From positions 868,001 through 932,000 of the forward strand of contig JAUFOQ010000004.1 in assembly GCA_040285855.1 (NCBI GenBank): a stretch of DNA of 64,000 nucleotides, written 5' to 3'. This DNA comes from Eukaryota sp. GEM-RC1 (taxonomy: Eukaryota). Below the pieces are notes generated by a model, which was not told the origin of the DNA, did not search any database, and saw nothing but the letters and a program-made list of their open reading frames with translations. The position numbers were made by a program, and so were the translations under genes. Positions 26,287 to 38,575 of this stretch are shown piece after piece; position 1 is the stretch's first letter; each line of letters begins with the position of its first letter.

Positions 26287-26906
26287 ATTGTACTTATACG
26301 TAATCGGTTCTTTCAATATAGAAGGACATCTCCCTGGACAAATAGTTGATATAAACAGGAAAAATGGTGTTGTGGATGTCACCAGTATTTTACTAAAGTA
26401 GCAACACAATTCACTAGAGAAAAAAGCGGATTTATGTGCGGAGTAAAACACACAACAAGAAACAACAAATAAATAAAGACTATTGAAACAAATAAACACA
26501 CTACAGAAGGTAGAGTCCAATACTGACTCATTAGTGACTCCAAACAGTGTAGTACCTACTCTAATTTACTTAATACTAGCCTGCAAAAACCGTTACTAGC
26601 CTACCCCGTCTTGGCTTAGTAGGGGAAGTCTAGTAATGGGGAGGCTAGTATTGTTTTTCCAAATCAACAACTACTTATAAACTATTGTTTCTTCTCATCG
26701 CGCAAACCACTGCTAACATTCAATTGCAATGTTAGATAGTATGGTAAATACTTTCTTCTGAAGTGATTTTCGCATTGTCTATAGTTCTACACAGTTATCA
26801 GTTACACTTCTCTTGTAGTTCATATTGCTCAGTTTGCAACCAAAAATACACTATTTTGAGGACGACTTAAATTAAAATTAGAGAGCTGTTCACGGGACTA
26901 TAAATA

Positions 26907-26982
26907 CTCTAAAACATCTAATACAACGCCACCCCCTAATTTTTTGTGGTTTGGGGGTGGCGTTGTATTAGATGTTTTACAG
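26907..26982. mobile_element. About 76-bp foldback mini-MITE
   Basis: Perfect stem of at least 26 bp, AAAACATCTAATACAACGCCACCCCC / GGGGGTGGCGTTGTATTAGATGTTTT, with TA on both flanks. Confidence 0.7.
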
Positions 26983-27942
26983 TATGTTCCACCTGATAAA
27001 CACCAAGAAAGAACGTTTGCTTACCATAAGTTAGGATGTGAAAAATTCTTTTGGGAATTACGATCATTGGTATATTCTTGAGTAACTCTGGGTAATGAAG
27101 TCTGTTTAGCGCTTTATCAATTGTGTAAATTTATTCTCAGTACAAGAACAAGAATAATCTCTCTGAAATTTGACAAGATTAATTTTTGGGTTGAGTAACA
27201 GAATTAACAAGTTCATAATTACTTTCATAAGGTAACTTGATCTGTTACATCAATAGATTCGTCTTCGTTGTCAAAGTATCATATGATACTTTGTTTGGGA
27301 GCACAATTCGTTGACCTTCCATCCAGTCGTTTCACGCCCGCTCACAACCATTCTTGAAAAAGTGATGAGCAATACAAGAAAGAAAACTGTATAGTGCTTC
27401 CTCAGTGCTTCGAGAAAAAAAACCTCGAAGCACTTTTTCTCGAAGCACCAGTTACTTTATTTTGCAACTGGTCAAGTTATACAAGTACAGTAGATTGATT
27501 CTTCAACGAGAAAAAAATATCGCTCCATCAGAATTAAACAATCATTCAATCCCTAATTCAATCAGAATTCTGACTCTTTCCTATTCTGACTACCAATCCC
27601 TACTATATTGATACTTGATCTAGGTTCAAACCCTATTCAACTAAGAGCAACACCAAGACTCTAGCCAATAGTAAGTAAACAAGAGACATATACACATTTT
27701 TACTTGCAAAATGACACCAATATAAATATGAAAACACAAACCATTGAAGTACTGTCATTCCCTTTTGTTCGAAGAGAATGACAGTACAGATTGGACAAAT
27801 GAAGCAGCAAAAGTAGACACAAAGAAGAAACATTGAAGAGATAAAGATGTGAGAAAAGAGGATATGAGAATTCTGACAACACACCTAGAAATGAAGATCA
27901 ACAGACGAAATTCACTTTTCTACCGGCATTAATTCTTCTCAC

Positions 27943-29235
27943 ATGTCCACAAGAGGGTATGCTTGTACTTACAAGGACTGTGATGCAGTTTTGAGATCCA
28001 AAAATGGATTAAGGACCCACGTGAACGCCAAGCATTCAACTAAATTCCAGTGCAGTGAATGTTTGAAGGTATGTATCCTAACCAACGACTAATCCTAGAC
28101 ATTGAATTCAGCTAGCAGCCTGAGGGACCACATGCTTATCCACACGGGTGAAAAACCCCACGAGTGTGAAGGTTGTCATCAACGCTTTGCCCTAGAAAAA
28201 ACTCTCACCACCCATCGTAGACGCTGTAAGGCTCTAAACTCCAAACCTGATCACCAGTTTCAATGCGGAGTTCCCGGGTGCGAATACTTAACTACTAGTA
28301 TGTGGTGTTCTGCTTACTAATTACAGCAATTAACAGCATGTGGCGACACCTAAACTTTACGCCATCCCAACCCGTCAAAGTACACGCTGATCTACCCCCG
28401 AGGAACGAACCTGCATTCACCTCCCTACTGGTGAGGTGAGAGTACACCATCTGCAAGAGAATACTATATCGATGACTCCAGCTCAGACTCAGAAGGAGTT
28501 GAGTATGGAGTTAGTTGTCCCATCTGTGAGGAAGAGGCCAGTGCAAAGGTCAAGGACATTGTCTTTTGCGAAGGATTCTGCAAGTGGGCATTCCATGTAG
28601 AATGTGTGCTAGACAGATGGGACACAGGAACGGCATTTGTGTGTGAAGAATGCGTCATGCTGGTATGTTGAGGATCGACTGCTCTAATCCTAGAAAGCCC
28701 ACGATGAGAAGAAGAAGATTATGAAAAACAAGACTTTGGAAGTGAGCGATCTCTCTCTAATGTGGATCGGAAGAACAATGAATGAAGATGGTTCGAGTTT
28801 GTTTCAACTTTGTAATTCATTCTAGTGTCATGCAAGTCCTTACTTACTGGACGCCCTTTCTCAATCTACAAGGCTCCTTCAACTTTAACTAATGCAGGAA
28901 ACGGACTTTTCGTTTCTGGGACTCTCATTCCTTATGATCTCATTGCCTACTGGCGAGGTGCTCAGATCTCAAAGAAATTAGCTAAACGATCCTTTACTAG
29001 CTACATTGTCCAAAGAAAAGACGGGATGTACCTTGACGGAACTAATGCTATATGCTTGGGCAAGTTCGCCAACTACCACCCCGAACACAATGCTTTTTTA
29101 AAAGACTTCAATGATGTGAACGGGGAAAAGCTGGTAGGTCTCTATGCCCTTAGACATTTGAAGGACGAGGAAGTTTTCTTGTCTTATGATTGGTACTTCC
29201 CTAAGGACAGGAAAGCCATTCCTTGGTTTAAGTAA
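27943..29235 (+). CDS. Spliced gene: C2H2 zinc fingers + PHD finger + SET domain
   Basis: Introns 28069-28098, 28298-28326, 28663-28693 and 28791-28825. Spliced product: YACTYKDC..HVNAKH; FQCSECLK/TLNSASSLRDHMLIHTGEKPHECEGC; PHD CPIC..VFCEGFC..FHVEC..VCEEC; SET STLTNAGNGLFV..GKFANYH..EEVFLSY. One frame break remains in exon 3. Confidence 0.82.
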
Positions 29236-29826
29236 TTATTTAGTTTTGTTTTATTCTAATTCTTTGAATAAATTTCATTATTTATCAGTTTTCTTCATTT
29301 GAATTTGAAGTTAAATTATGGTCATGTTTTGATTTGATCTTTTCAAAAATAATAAACTCTTATATATCTAAGAACATATTGTATTAAACAAATATCCTAT
29401 TCAAATTTTAAAAATTCCATCAATTCTAACGCACCTTCATTACTGATACAATTTCCTGACAGATTGATGGTAGTAAGCGTTGAACAACATCATTTCACCA
29501 GTGCAGTGTTTGCGCCATGACCAAAATAATTTTGCCATACGCGTATGGGCGTATGGACGTATGGTAGAATGGCCAACAAGCCATACCTTAGATCAAGAAA
29601 ACTGTATAAATGGAAGCACTCAAATTCAGAACCACTTTATTGCATTAAGAACAGGGGGCTAGTATTAGGTATTTTACTAGCCCACCCCTTCGTGGCTAGT
29701 AATAGGGAAGGGCTAGTAATAGATTAATTAGAGTTCATGTAATTGTCAATTGATACAGGAAAATACATATTATATATACAAAATACTACATGTACATTTA
29801 ATAAAATTTGGGCATCTTAACAAAAA

Positions 29827-31086
29827 CTAAAACCTACAGTCATTACAATCAATCAAATCGAAACCATGATCACAGATAAAAGAGCTCCTCCTAAGATTCC
29901 TTCTGTGAGTGTTATCACTATGAAGGGAAGATGAAACGATGGACATTTGTCTGATTAAACTACAGTTAAAAGAAGCCTGGATAACAGAATTGGGAATCTG
30001 ACAGTCTGATAAACGAAGACGTTGGAGAAAGGTAGGGAGACGGAAGGAATCTGAGGTGAAATCGGAGTTCCTGAGTTCTAAGTGAGATACACTGGAGGGA
30101 ATGTCTGGGCAGGAATAGCCTCCGCAGTGCAGACCAAGATGAGTCAGACGAGAGAAAGATTCAAAGAGCTGCTTATTGACAACATGATCGTTGTTGTGAA
30201 CTGGTGCAATAAGAGACGCTTCAAGGTATGTCAAACGCTGACACATAGGCTCAACAATAGAGAAATCGGAATTGATGGGAAGTTCGAGCCCAGACAACTC
30301 TGTCAACCGAGGAAGCTGAGATACAGCATCAAATAAAGGAGATCCAATGGCTACTATGGCATTAAACCGTTTTAGAGTTGGGAAATTCAAAAGCTCTTTT
30401 GCTTCTTCCTTCATCTCACGAAGAATCTCTGGCGATTGATGTAACAAAGATCCGCTACAAACCGATGAGATCCATCTTGAATAACTTCCATAGATTATCT
30501 TAATCTCTTCAAGTTTTTGGCCTTTCAAACTCTTCAATATCATTGACAATTTTGATGTTGGACAATTCTTAAGCTCAACTGCTCTTAGAACATGCGGCTG
30601 GGCCCCTAGAACATCACTAATGTCCATGAACGGATATACAAAGGTATAATCCAGACGTAAGTGCTGATTGTTCGGGGACAGGTTCAATTCCCGAAGCTTC
30701 TCCATATTGATGTTAGATATGGTAATATGCGTACAATGTTTGGCAAACTGACAGTCATATTCAATATACCCTTGCTGTTGGAAACTCACTGTCAAGCCTG
30801 GAAACTCCTTCAAGATGGTCACTGGGTTCTCTGTTAAGCTGTAGAACAACGTCTTCATGCGCTCCGGTAGTACTAATGTTTTAAGGTGCTTGCAGTTGAA
30901 CAAACAGGAAGGAACCCATGGGGAGATGATGTCGCTGCACATGGTTCCTGGGAGAGTGACTTGTTCAAGACAGTTGCAGACATCCAATACTATCTGTTGC
31001 ATCCTGAAACTTACCTGTTGGAGTCGAACAAGCTGAGTGAAGCTGCATTTCAGGAAACATTGTCCAATTAAGTATCTGCTGAACAT
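29827..31086 (-). CDS. Degenerate LRR protein of unknown function
   Basis: Intact 419-aa ORF with repeated LxxLxL motifs (LKTLVL, LTHLGL, VSHLEL, LQRLRLSDC). Confidence 0.6.
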   Translation of the reverse strand: MFSRYLIGQCFLKCSFTQLVRLQQVSFRMQQIVLDVCNCLEQVTLPGTMCSDIISPWVPSCLFNCKHLKTLVLPERMKTLFYSLTENPVTILKEFPGLTVSFQQQGYIEYDCQFAKHCTHITISNINMEKLRELNLSPNNQHLRLDYTFVYPFMDISDVLGAQPHVLRAVELKNCPTSKLSMILKSLKGQKLEEIKIIYGSYSRWISSVCSGSLLHQSPEILREMKEEAKELLNFPTLKRFNAIVAIGSPLFDAVSQLPRLTELSGLELPINSDFSIVEPMCQRLTYLEASLIAPVHNNDHVVNKQLFESFSRLTHLGLHCGGYSCPDIPSSVSHLELRNSDFTSDSFRLPTFLQRLRLSDCQIPNSVIQASFNCSLIRQMSIVSSSLHSDNTHRRNLRRSSFICDHGFDLIDCNDCRF

Positions 31087-31935
31087 GAAGTCGGCGAATT
31101 TGTTTTTTTATCACAATTCTTTAACTAAACCATCATATCCTTTCTAGTTTTTCTATATGTACTGCCTTCAAGAAGAAGTGTCACGGTCTAGATACCACGG
31201 TATTGGGTTGGGTGAACGCTCATGTTGCATCGCCAGTAGAGCAGGATCTTTGTCAAATAGTGTTGTAAATACAGCCGTTTGGAGTGTAATGTAAGGAGAT
31301 CTTGTGAAGGAATGACGGTGATGTGAACTAGATTGACGAGAGTACATGTGTGTGTGTACGTGTAGATAGAAATTTAACTGAAAATCAGAATGTCGAGTGT
31401 GACTGTTAACGTGTCATTACAGGTAATTAACGTCTTGAATCCTGATACCAGTTCACCGTTTGACCTACCAACTTCTGGATCGTCACTCTCTTATTAATCC
31501 TAAAGCAAATGATCATGATTCCAAGTATCATTATTTACAGAAGACCACACATACTCGTTACAGATCGCGGAACATCTCAATCTAGGCATCCGTAAAGTAC
31601 TGATATCGACACAAAAACTTATGGACTTAAAGCAGTTCTTCTCTATCACAGTACTATACATAATGTAACAGATGTTTTTCCAAGTAGAACTTGATACACG
31701 AGGAGTGGCGACTCTTTAAACATATTGTAGGTATACATTAACTGTCAGAAAGAACATTAGTTATATTATATATCACACCAACAAAATAAAAACGAGTCAG
31801 TCTTCCTAATTAAAAATGAGCAAAATAATTAAATAATGACAAACACTTGAAAAACACCAACTCTAATAAACAATAACGGGAAAAAACTCTTCACATAGGA
31901 AGAATAATTAAAATATTAAACAGTATAACCCATGC

Positions 31936-32883
31936 TCATCCTTTTGGAGCTAAACTATCAACAACAATGTCTTGAACATAAATAGCATCAGCCTGACTCT
32001 TCCTCTCTCCTTCTTCAAAGTTGTAACTACTGGCTATAGCCAAACTCTTTCCATCACAAGAGAAATCAACACAAGAAACAGGATTCCTGAACCCCGTGTA
32101 AGTCTTCCTCTTACTTCTAGCAGCTCCATCCCACAACGAGACCACCCCATCAGAACCCCCAGTAGCAAATGAAGTGGGGTGAACAGGGTGGAAAGCAATA
32201 GAGTTGACTGGGTAGACGAAGGTCTTTTGGTCACTCTTCTTACGATGACATTTAAAGGCAAACCTGTTAGTTTCATCCAAAGAGTCAATGCACACTCTAC
32301 CTTCAATTGAACCAATACCATATAGTTTAGAGCTTTGAGAAGTGCCTATTGATCGTAGTTGATACTTTAAAGGAGACTCAATGTGACGGAGAGGACCAAA
32401 GTTACGAAGGTCGAAGAAAGAGAGGGTTCTCCCGCTTAGTCCAACGATGAGAGTAGTGTCAATGATACCCATGGCGTAGACTTTGCCAGTGGTGACCATG
32501 GTGGAAGCACAGGAGGAGCTACGTGCATCCCATAGTTTGACTGACTTATCCCAGGATCCTGTAGCATAGACAGCAGAGGAGGGAGAGTAGTCAACACAGG
32601 AGATTGGGCCTTCGTGAGATCCGAGTTCAGTGATAGAATTGTGTTCAGTGTGGTAGATCAGAAGTTTTTTATCCAAACCACCAGAGGCAACGTAGAGATC
32701 GTGACCATAACAACAGTCTAATACAGCACCATTGTGAACATAGTGGTTCTTAATTGTGGAAGATTCAATATCATAAATGCGAACAGAATTATCCCAAGAA
32801 GATGCAAGTAAGAGATTTGGTGAAGTAGGAGAGAACCTAACTCGAGAGATAGTATCAGATGGAGGGGAATCTAGTTCTCTCAT
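31936..32883 (-). CDS. BUB3: Mitotic checkpoint WD40 protein Bub3
   Basis: WD40 repeats with Bub3/Rae1 motifs SPLKYQLR, SIEGRV, FAFKCHR, YPVNSIAFHP, FATGGSDG and AIASSY..EEG. Confidence 0.9.
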   Translation of the reverse strand: MRELDSPPSDTISRVRFSPTSPNLLLASSWDNSVRIYDIESSTIKNHYVHNGAVLDCCYGHDLYVASGGLDKKLLIYHTEHNSITELGSHEGPISCVDYSPSSAVYATGSWDKSVKLWDARSSSCASTMVTTGKVYAMGIIDTTLIVGLSGRTLSFFDLRNFGPLRHIESPLKYQLRSIGTSQSSKLYGIGSIEGRVCIDSLDETNRFAFKCHRKKSDQKTFVYPVNSIAFHPVHPTSFATGGSDGVVSLWDGAARSKRKTYTGFRNPVSCVDFSCDGKSLAIASSYNFEEGERKSQADAIYVQDIVVDSLAPKG

Positions 32884-32946
32884 GAAGATGTTTTAGACAG
32901 AAAGAAGAAAATCTCACTTCAACACCTTCAACCTCTTCAAACATCA

Positions 32947-33345
32947 ATGAGACTTCGAATTCACAACCTTGTTCAGTGCTCCAACCAATGCTGTACTGCT
33001 CCTTATCCTCTCAAACTTTCTGTAACTGAAGTTGTGGAAAAACCTGCCCCATATGATAAAACACTTGTACTTCGTCTTTTAGAACGTATGGAGTATTCGG
33101 TCTTGGTTGAAGCTGCTCAAGCAGTTAATATATCTATTCCTGAAGTCCTTGCTTTAGACTATGGTGAGAATGAAGAACTGTGTAAGCAGTATCATCGCTT
33201 GTTGAACGAAGTTGTTGTGAAGTTCGGATCACTTACTTGTACTAGTTGTGGTCGTGTTTATCCCATCAAGGAAACCATTTGTAGTTTCATCAATTTTACG
33301 GAACCCGAACCTGAAGTTCTGGCTGAAGATATGGAGTTTAGCTAG
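32947..33345 (+). CDS. TRM112: Methyltransferase activator Trm112
   Basis: MRL..HNL.QC...YPLKL...YHRLLNEVVVKFGSLTCTSCGRVYPIKE matches the Trm112 pattern and size. Confidence 0.88.
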   Translation: MRLRIHNLVQCSNQCCTAPYPLKLSVTEVVEKPAPYDKTLVLRLLERMEYSVLVEAAQAVNISIPEVLALDYGENEELCKQYHRLLNEVVVKFGSLTCTSCGRVYPIKETICSFINFTEPEPEVLAEDMEFS

Positions 33346-33761
33346 CTTATGATCACGTGATAATGATTAACTTTAGTTCTGGTGTTGTTATTTTATTAGT
33401 TTTTCTATTTAACTTTGATTACTTTGGTTTGATGAAACCTCTCACTAGATTAATATAAAATTCAAGTTCAATGTAATTACAGTCTATAATCATATTAGAG
33501 TCCCTTTTTTGCAATAAAAAAATTGAAATAACTTAATTAAGAGTCACATAATTTATTTAAATGAACTCTTGCACAACAATAATTTTACGTGGTAAAATTA
33601 AAAAGGAAGAATTACTTCTATTAATATCGGTTATCATAAAAGAAAATCAGTACACCTAAACATTTACTGTACAAACATAATTCTTCAATTAAAAAGACCT
33701 TGACCTTAATCAAAAGAGTTATGAGAAGAAATAGTAGACAAAAGTTTAATAAAAAACAAAT

Positions 33762-35142
33762 CTACAACAATTCAAGAACAGAATTTTGTTCGAACAAAAC
33801 CCCAACAAGATGGTAGTTATCATTATATAAAGAACTAATTTCTGTTGTACAATTAAATCCAGGGTCTGACTCTTTTGTAACAGTTATTGAATTATTCACA
33901 AGATTAATTGTGATTTCAATGATTTCATTTGAGGACCAGTTTCCCTTAGAGGTTCCTGGTGGACTGAAGTTATTAACTGCACTGTAGAAACAATGAGCAT
34001 TTGACCCATTCCAAACACTACCACTACAATCAAAATCTTTTCTGGGAAAAATTCCAATCATGATTCCATCAAAAGAAGTCGAAGGATTGACATACCTAGC
34101 CCTAACTTTATAGACATTTCCTGTAAGAAGAGGAGTTTCTGAAAGAACATTTTGCCAAGTATAATTTGAACCATTGTGAGTAACAGTTTGTCCTCCATTT
34201 GAAATATTTAAATTTTGATGCTTAAGACTAGAAGAAAAACTCAAAACTGAAGATTTAACAGGTTTTACACATTCTTCTTGTTTTTCAACAACTTCCTTCA
34301 ATTTAAATATTTCCTCATCTTTTCCTTAATTAATTCAGTTGCTTCAACTAATTGTTCTTTTAACGTCAAATTTTCAGAAATTATTGACTCAAAAAATATC
34401 GGACGTAATTGTTTAAAGTGAAACTTCATCAAAATTTCTTCCAAATTTGAAATATTCTGAAGAGGGTTTAAAAACAGCTCATCCCAGTCTTTAAAAGTCA
34501 ACAGGTTAACGTCAACAAGGGTCAGAATTTCAGATAATTCTTCAGAATTTATAGTTTCTGATTTAACTGAAGCCACAAGTGACTTTAGAAACCATTTGAA
34601 AGAACTTGAAGAAGTGCAAAATTCAAGTAAACTTTGGAGAAAGACAAATGGGAAGACAAATTCAGATTTTTGATCAATATTTTCAATTTCATTAAGAAAA
34701 TCTCCAACAAATTTTAATCCTCTCAAGTCTTCTTGTTCAACACACTTTGTCAAGAACTTACTGCACCAGTCCCAATTGGTCATTTTTGAAGGGAGAATCT
34801 CCACAAGAGTAGTCTTAAGATGAGGACACTGGAAGTAAGTGGCGAGGTAGAAAACGTCATAGACGTTAGAAGAAGTGAGGTCAATGGTGTGACCAAAGAA
34901 AGAAGAGATGAAGGCGGAGAAAGACTCTGATGACACGGGCAAATGAGAGAAGTCCAAAGGGTTCTCGAAGCGATCTCCAAACTCCATAAACCAAAGAGAG
35001 AAGAAGTACTGAGAGTTGGAAGCAAGGACTGACTTAATGACAGAGAATGACTCACCATTGAAGATAATGGTTTGATCATGGAGACTGGAGTGTTGGACTG
35101 GAGTGTAGAGAGAGTGTTGGGAGAGGTGGATGTGAGTGACAT
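33762..35142 (-). CDS. BTB + coiled-coil + SPRY-like protein (copy 2)
   Basis: Highly similar to copy 1. Extra break at a shortened A-run near 34320. Same out-of-frame ATG (35142). Confidence 0.78.
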
Positions 35143-35313
35143 GGAAGGAGAGATTTTAACGAGGTCTTTGTTCGTTTTTCACATGGCCGTCCATGACACC
35201 AACAACCTCACCATGATGACGCAACGGTGTCATGACATTCATTTCTTAATTTAATTAAGTAATGAATATGAATATTAAGTTAATCACACTCATATCGATA
35301 GTTGGAAAATAGA

Positions 35314-35940
35314 AAACGGATTTATGTGCGGAGAAAAACACATAATAAGATAAGTACAAATTAATAAACACTATTAAAACAAATTATCAAACGAACTACC
35401 TAATTCCGAAAAGTAGTTGCCTCCAAACAACTTGGACAAAATGGAATCAACTTATCTATACATAGACCTAAAAATCGAAAAAGCAAATTTACTCTTCCAG
35501 TACGATCTGTTAAACTTCTTGCCAAATTCTGAACACAAATTTTCAAATAAACTTAAAAACTCCTTGGTAGAAGAACCGAAATTTGCGTACAATGAAACTG
35601 CAAAAGGATGAAAGACGATATTACTGTGTCTTCGTGAATTCAATGCAGCAACTTGATGTCCGTACTTAGACACTTTGGCGTTCTCAACGTCTTTCAGCGG
35701 ATCATTTGAAGTATTATAAATGTTGGCAATAGCTAAAGCTTTGCAAGGATCAACAGTCGTAAAATCAACAACAATTTCTTGGCATGACAACCAAGGGCCA
35801 ATAAAATCACAACGTTTCTGAGTAGAATCAGGGTGATCTGAAAGATGAGAAAGAAATGGTTCGACTTTGCCATTGAAACCATTCGCCTTAAACATTTCCA
35901 AACATGTATCTCGAAGACTGTTGTGCAAAAAAAAATTTTT
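35314..35940 (-). mobile_element. 5'-truncated REL-endonuclease (CRE-like) non-LTR retrotransposon
   Basis: 13-bp TSD GTTGGAAAATAGA (35301-35313, 35941-35953). The ORF reads HNSLRD..VEP..RCD..VDFTTVDP..ENAKVSKY..FHPFAVS, a restriction-like endonuclease domain. Confidence 0.88.
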
Positions 35941-37788
35941 GTTGGAAAATAGATGTAGGTTTAACAAAATACAGATACTGCTTAATACAGTCAAATATCA
36001 AAACAATTGGCTATCCACTCCTCTGTGTTGTTTATCAGCTTTAACTATTAACTTTACTTCCAAAACTGTTGAAATACTAACTTGTTGGACGATTTGTGGA
36101 TGTTACGTTTGTCAGTACATAAGCTGCAAGTTTGTCATGACGTCATGAAGTCATGGATAGCTACGGTTTTAATGAGGAGTCGTTACTGAAACGGGTTCTG
36201 AAACTTGGACTTCTTGTTCTGTCTCTTATAAGTAAGAAGTCTTGTGGAATGTGGACTCATCATCTTGCAAGTTTTATACGATAATGACAAAAAATGTAAG
36301 GAAACAGTTTTTCGAAACACCTTCTAGTTCTATTAGTATCAAATTATTATCCATGAAACAGAGTCAAAAATTCTGGTCAGCGGTATCACAGTTCCTGTAT
36401 AACTCTTAGTGATATTTGACTCAATAAACACGAGTGTTGATTCGAACAGATGATCAATACTGTAAAGTCGGTAAATTGTGTAAAAATGTTGGTTTTTCGA
36501 AGATAATCTGAAATTTGTCTCACGTTCTGGCCAAAATTTCAATCAATCTTGAAAGTACACGCTAGTTTCCATAAAAACTGTTACAATATTGAAGTTTTGT
36601 ACTTATGATAGAGTAACTTGACCATAGACCTAAGGAAATGAATGTCATCATCATAATTTAAGTCTTTAAAAATACCTCAACACGTGGTTCGCACCGCACA
36701 ATCAAATATATATTTCTACGTTTTATACTCAAAGCTTGTAATACATGCCATGTATCAAAAATAATTAACATAAATGCTTTAGGAAGGGAAAACGAAATCA
36801 AGCAATTAGATCTTCAAAAAATGTAATACTTGCAAAGGTGAGTACATGTGCAGTAGCTGAATCCAGAGAACACCTGAGAAAAGCGTTGACAATTGACGTT
36901 TATAATTGGCTAAACGTGTTTGGTGTGCTATCGTTCATTGATTAAATCTGTTTTGTTAATCTTGTGTATAAAAACCATCACAATTTTCAATCTTATTACA
37001 TCTTCCATGCTGAATGTAGCTGTTAGAAACAAAACAGACACACCGGCAGTTTCAATAGAAAAATCCAGACACACATTCTAAATACCCATTCTACTGTATG
37101 CGTTTTTAGAATTAAGCATTAGTTTTTAGTATAGAATATGAAGTACATAAGAAATACAAAAATGGTGAAATTACATTGTTGTCTTTTCCAAATACGTACA
37201 ACAAACAATAATTTGTAAAAAAACAAAAACATGCTCACTACAGTCCAAAATTCAAAATTCAAAATTAGAAAAGTTTAAGCTCTACTTTGCTTTACAAATA
37301 GAGTTATTTTAAGGACATTAAAGTTGGAGCCAATCTCAACTCCTCTCTCATACATTCTCTCCTCAAAATTCCAAATAGACTTCCATGACATCACTTCCTT
37401 CCGAAGAATAAAAGTCAGTATGTGAAGTTGTAGAGGTGTTGGGAAAAACATGTGCCCTCATACATTGCAAACTGTGCGACCAAAGCTACTCAGTCAATAG
37501 ATGGGCTGTGGAGGGACACTACATCCCGAATCTTCAATCCAGGCCAATAAAGATGTGCTCTGTTCTTCCTATTTCAAAAACATATCATTGGTGGATGCTC
37601 TGGAATCATATCTAACAACTCATTCGAGAAAACGCCGAACCACTTACTAAGCAATCTTCTTCCTCGATTAAAGTTTACAGTAGTCTGGTTAAATATCTAA
37701 CAAATAAATACTCGGAAGTAAAACCTTTTAATGATGTAGTAAAAACACCAAGCGTTGAAAAAGTTACCTGGAAACTAAATAGTATTCA

Positions 37789-38575
37789 TTGATTGATTGT
37801 AAACGTCGTGATCTCGTTTCTGCAGCAGAAACGAGTACAACTGCATTCATCCAAGAACGTGCTCGAGCTTCAATTATTGAAGACGTTGCCTTCTTAACAA
37901 AGGCAGCTTACTGGACGTCTCTCTTTGTCCGTAAGTATCTTCACCAATTCCCCGAATTGGGCAGCTGGGCTACAATCCATGACTTCTGGGTTGCAGCATT
38001 TGATTTCATGCTGAAGACCAATCCCAGTTCTAGGGCCCAGTTCCAGGACAAGCCAAACCGGCATCCTGAAGTCTTTACCGCCTTCTGGCAAGTGAAATCT
38101 GCTTGGCCATACGGGGTGCTAGCTAGCCATGTTGATTCTCAGTTGGTATCAGCTCGGGCGAAACAATTGGCCCAAATATCATCGCCAGATTCTCACCAAC
38201 AGCCTAGTGGTGTGGTCAACCAATTGGTTCCACACCATGGCTCAGTTACGAGGATGTCCTGTCCCAAAGGCATACTCAAAAGCCTGTGTCGGGACCAGCT
38301 CCTTTCCTCCATCCGTCCATCAGTGGGTGGGGTCCAACCACCAGAGACTTCTAGAAGAATATATCAACTGTCTTGGTGGACCTGCTGCCTACTCGCAGTG
38401 TCTGGATATCCTTTCCCGTCGGTCTTTGCTCTTGAGTAGCGAGAAGGCCTCGTTTATATCCACAAGAGGTCTGAGATTGCTGTCCTACTTGGAAGCAATA
38501 GCTCATGAAGCGCAATAGGCTCTCACCAATTGCGTCTTTTGTACCAGGCATGGGTGATGACTAAAGTAACAGAGA
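37789..38575 (+). pseudogene. Possible truncated, frameshifted Fanzor1 (N-terminal WED/REC region)
   Basis: GC-richer island. Motifs IIEDVAFLTKAAYWTSLFV..L, SQLVSARAKQL, ILTNSL and LSPIASFVPG occur in the order I recall for Fanzor1 N-termini. No RuvC domain is seen. Confidence 0.42.

Larger units (their letters stand above)
26559..29733. mobile_element. Putative TIR DNA element enclosing the ZF-PHD-SET gene
   Basis: Ends are CTCTAATTTACTTAATACTAGCC and the reverse complement of CTCTAATTAATCTATTACTAGCC (19/23 match). Both ends carry clustered TACTAGCC/GGCTAGTA motifs. TA flanks the left end and TT the right. No transposase is visible. Confidence 0.55.
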
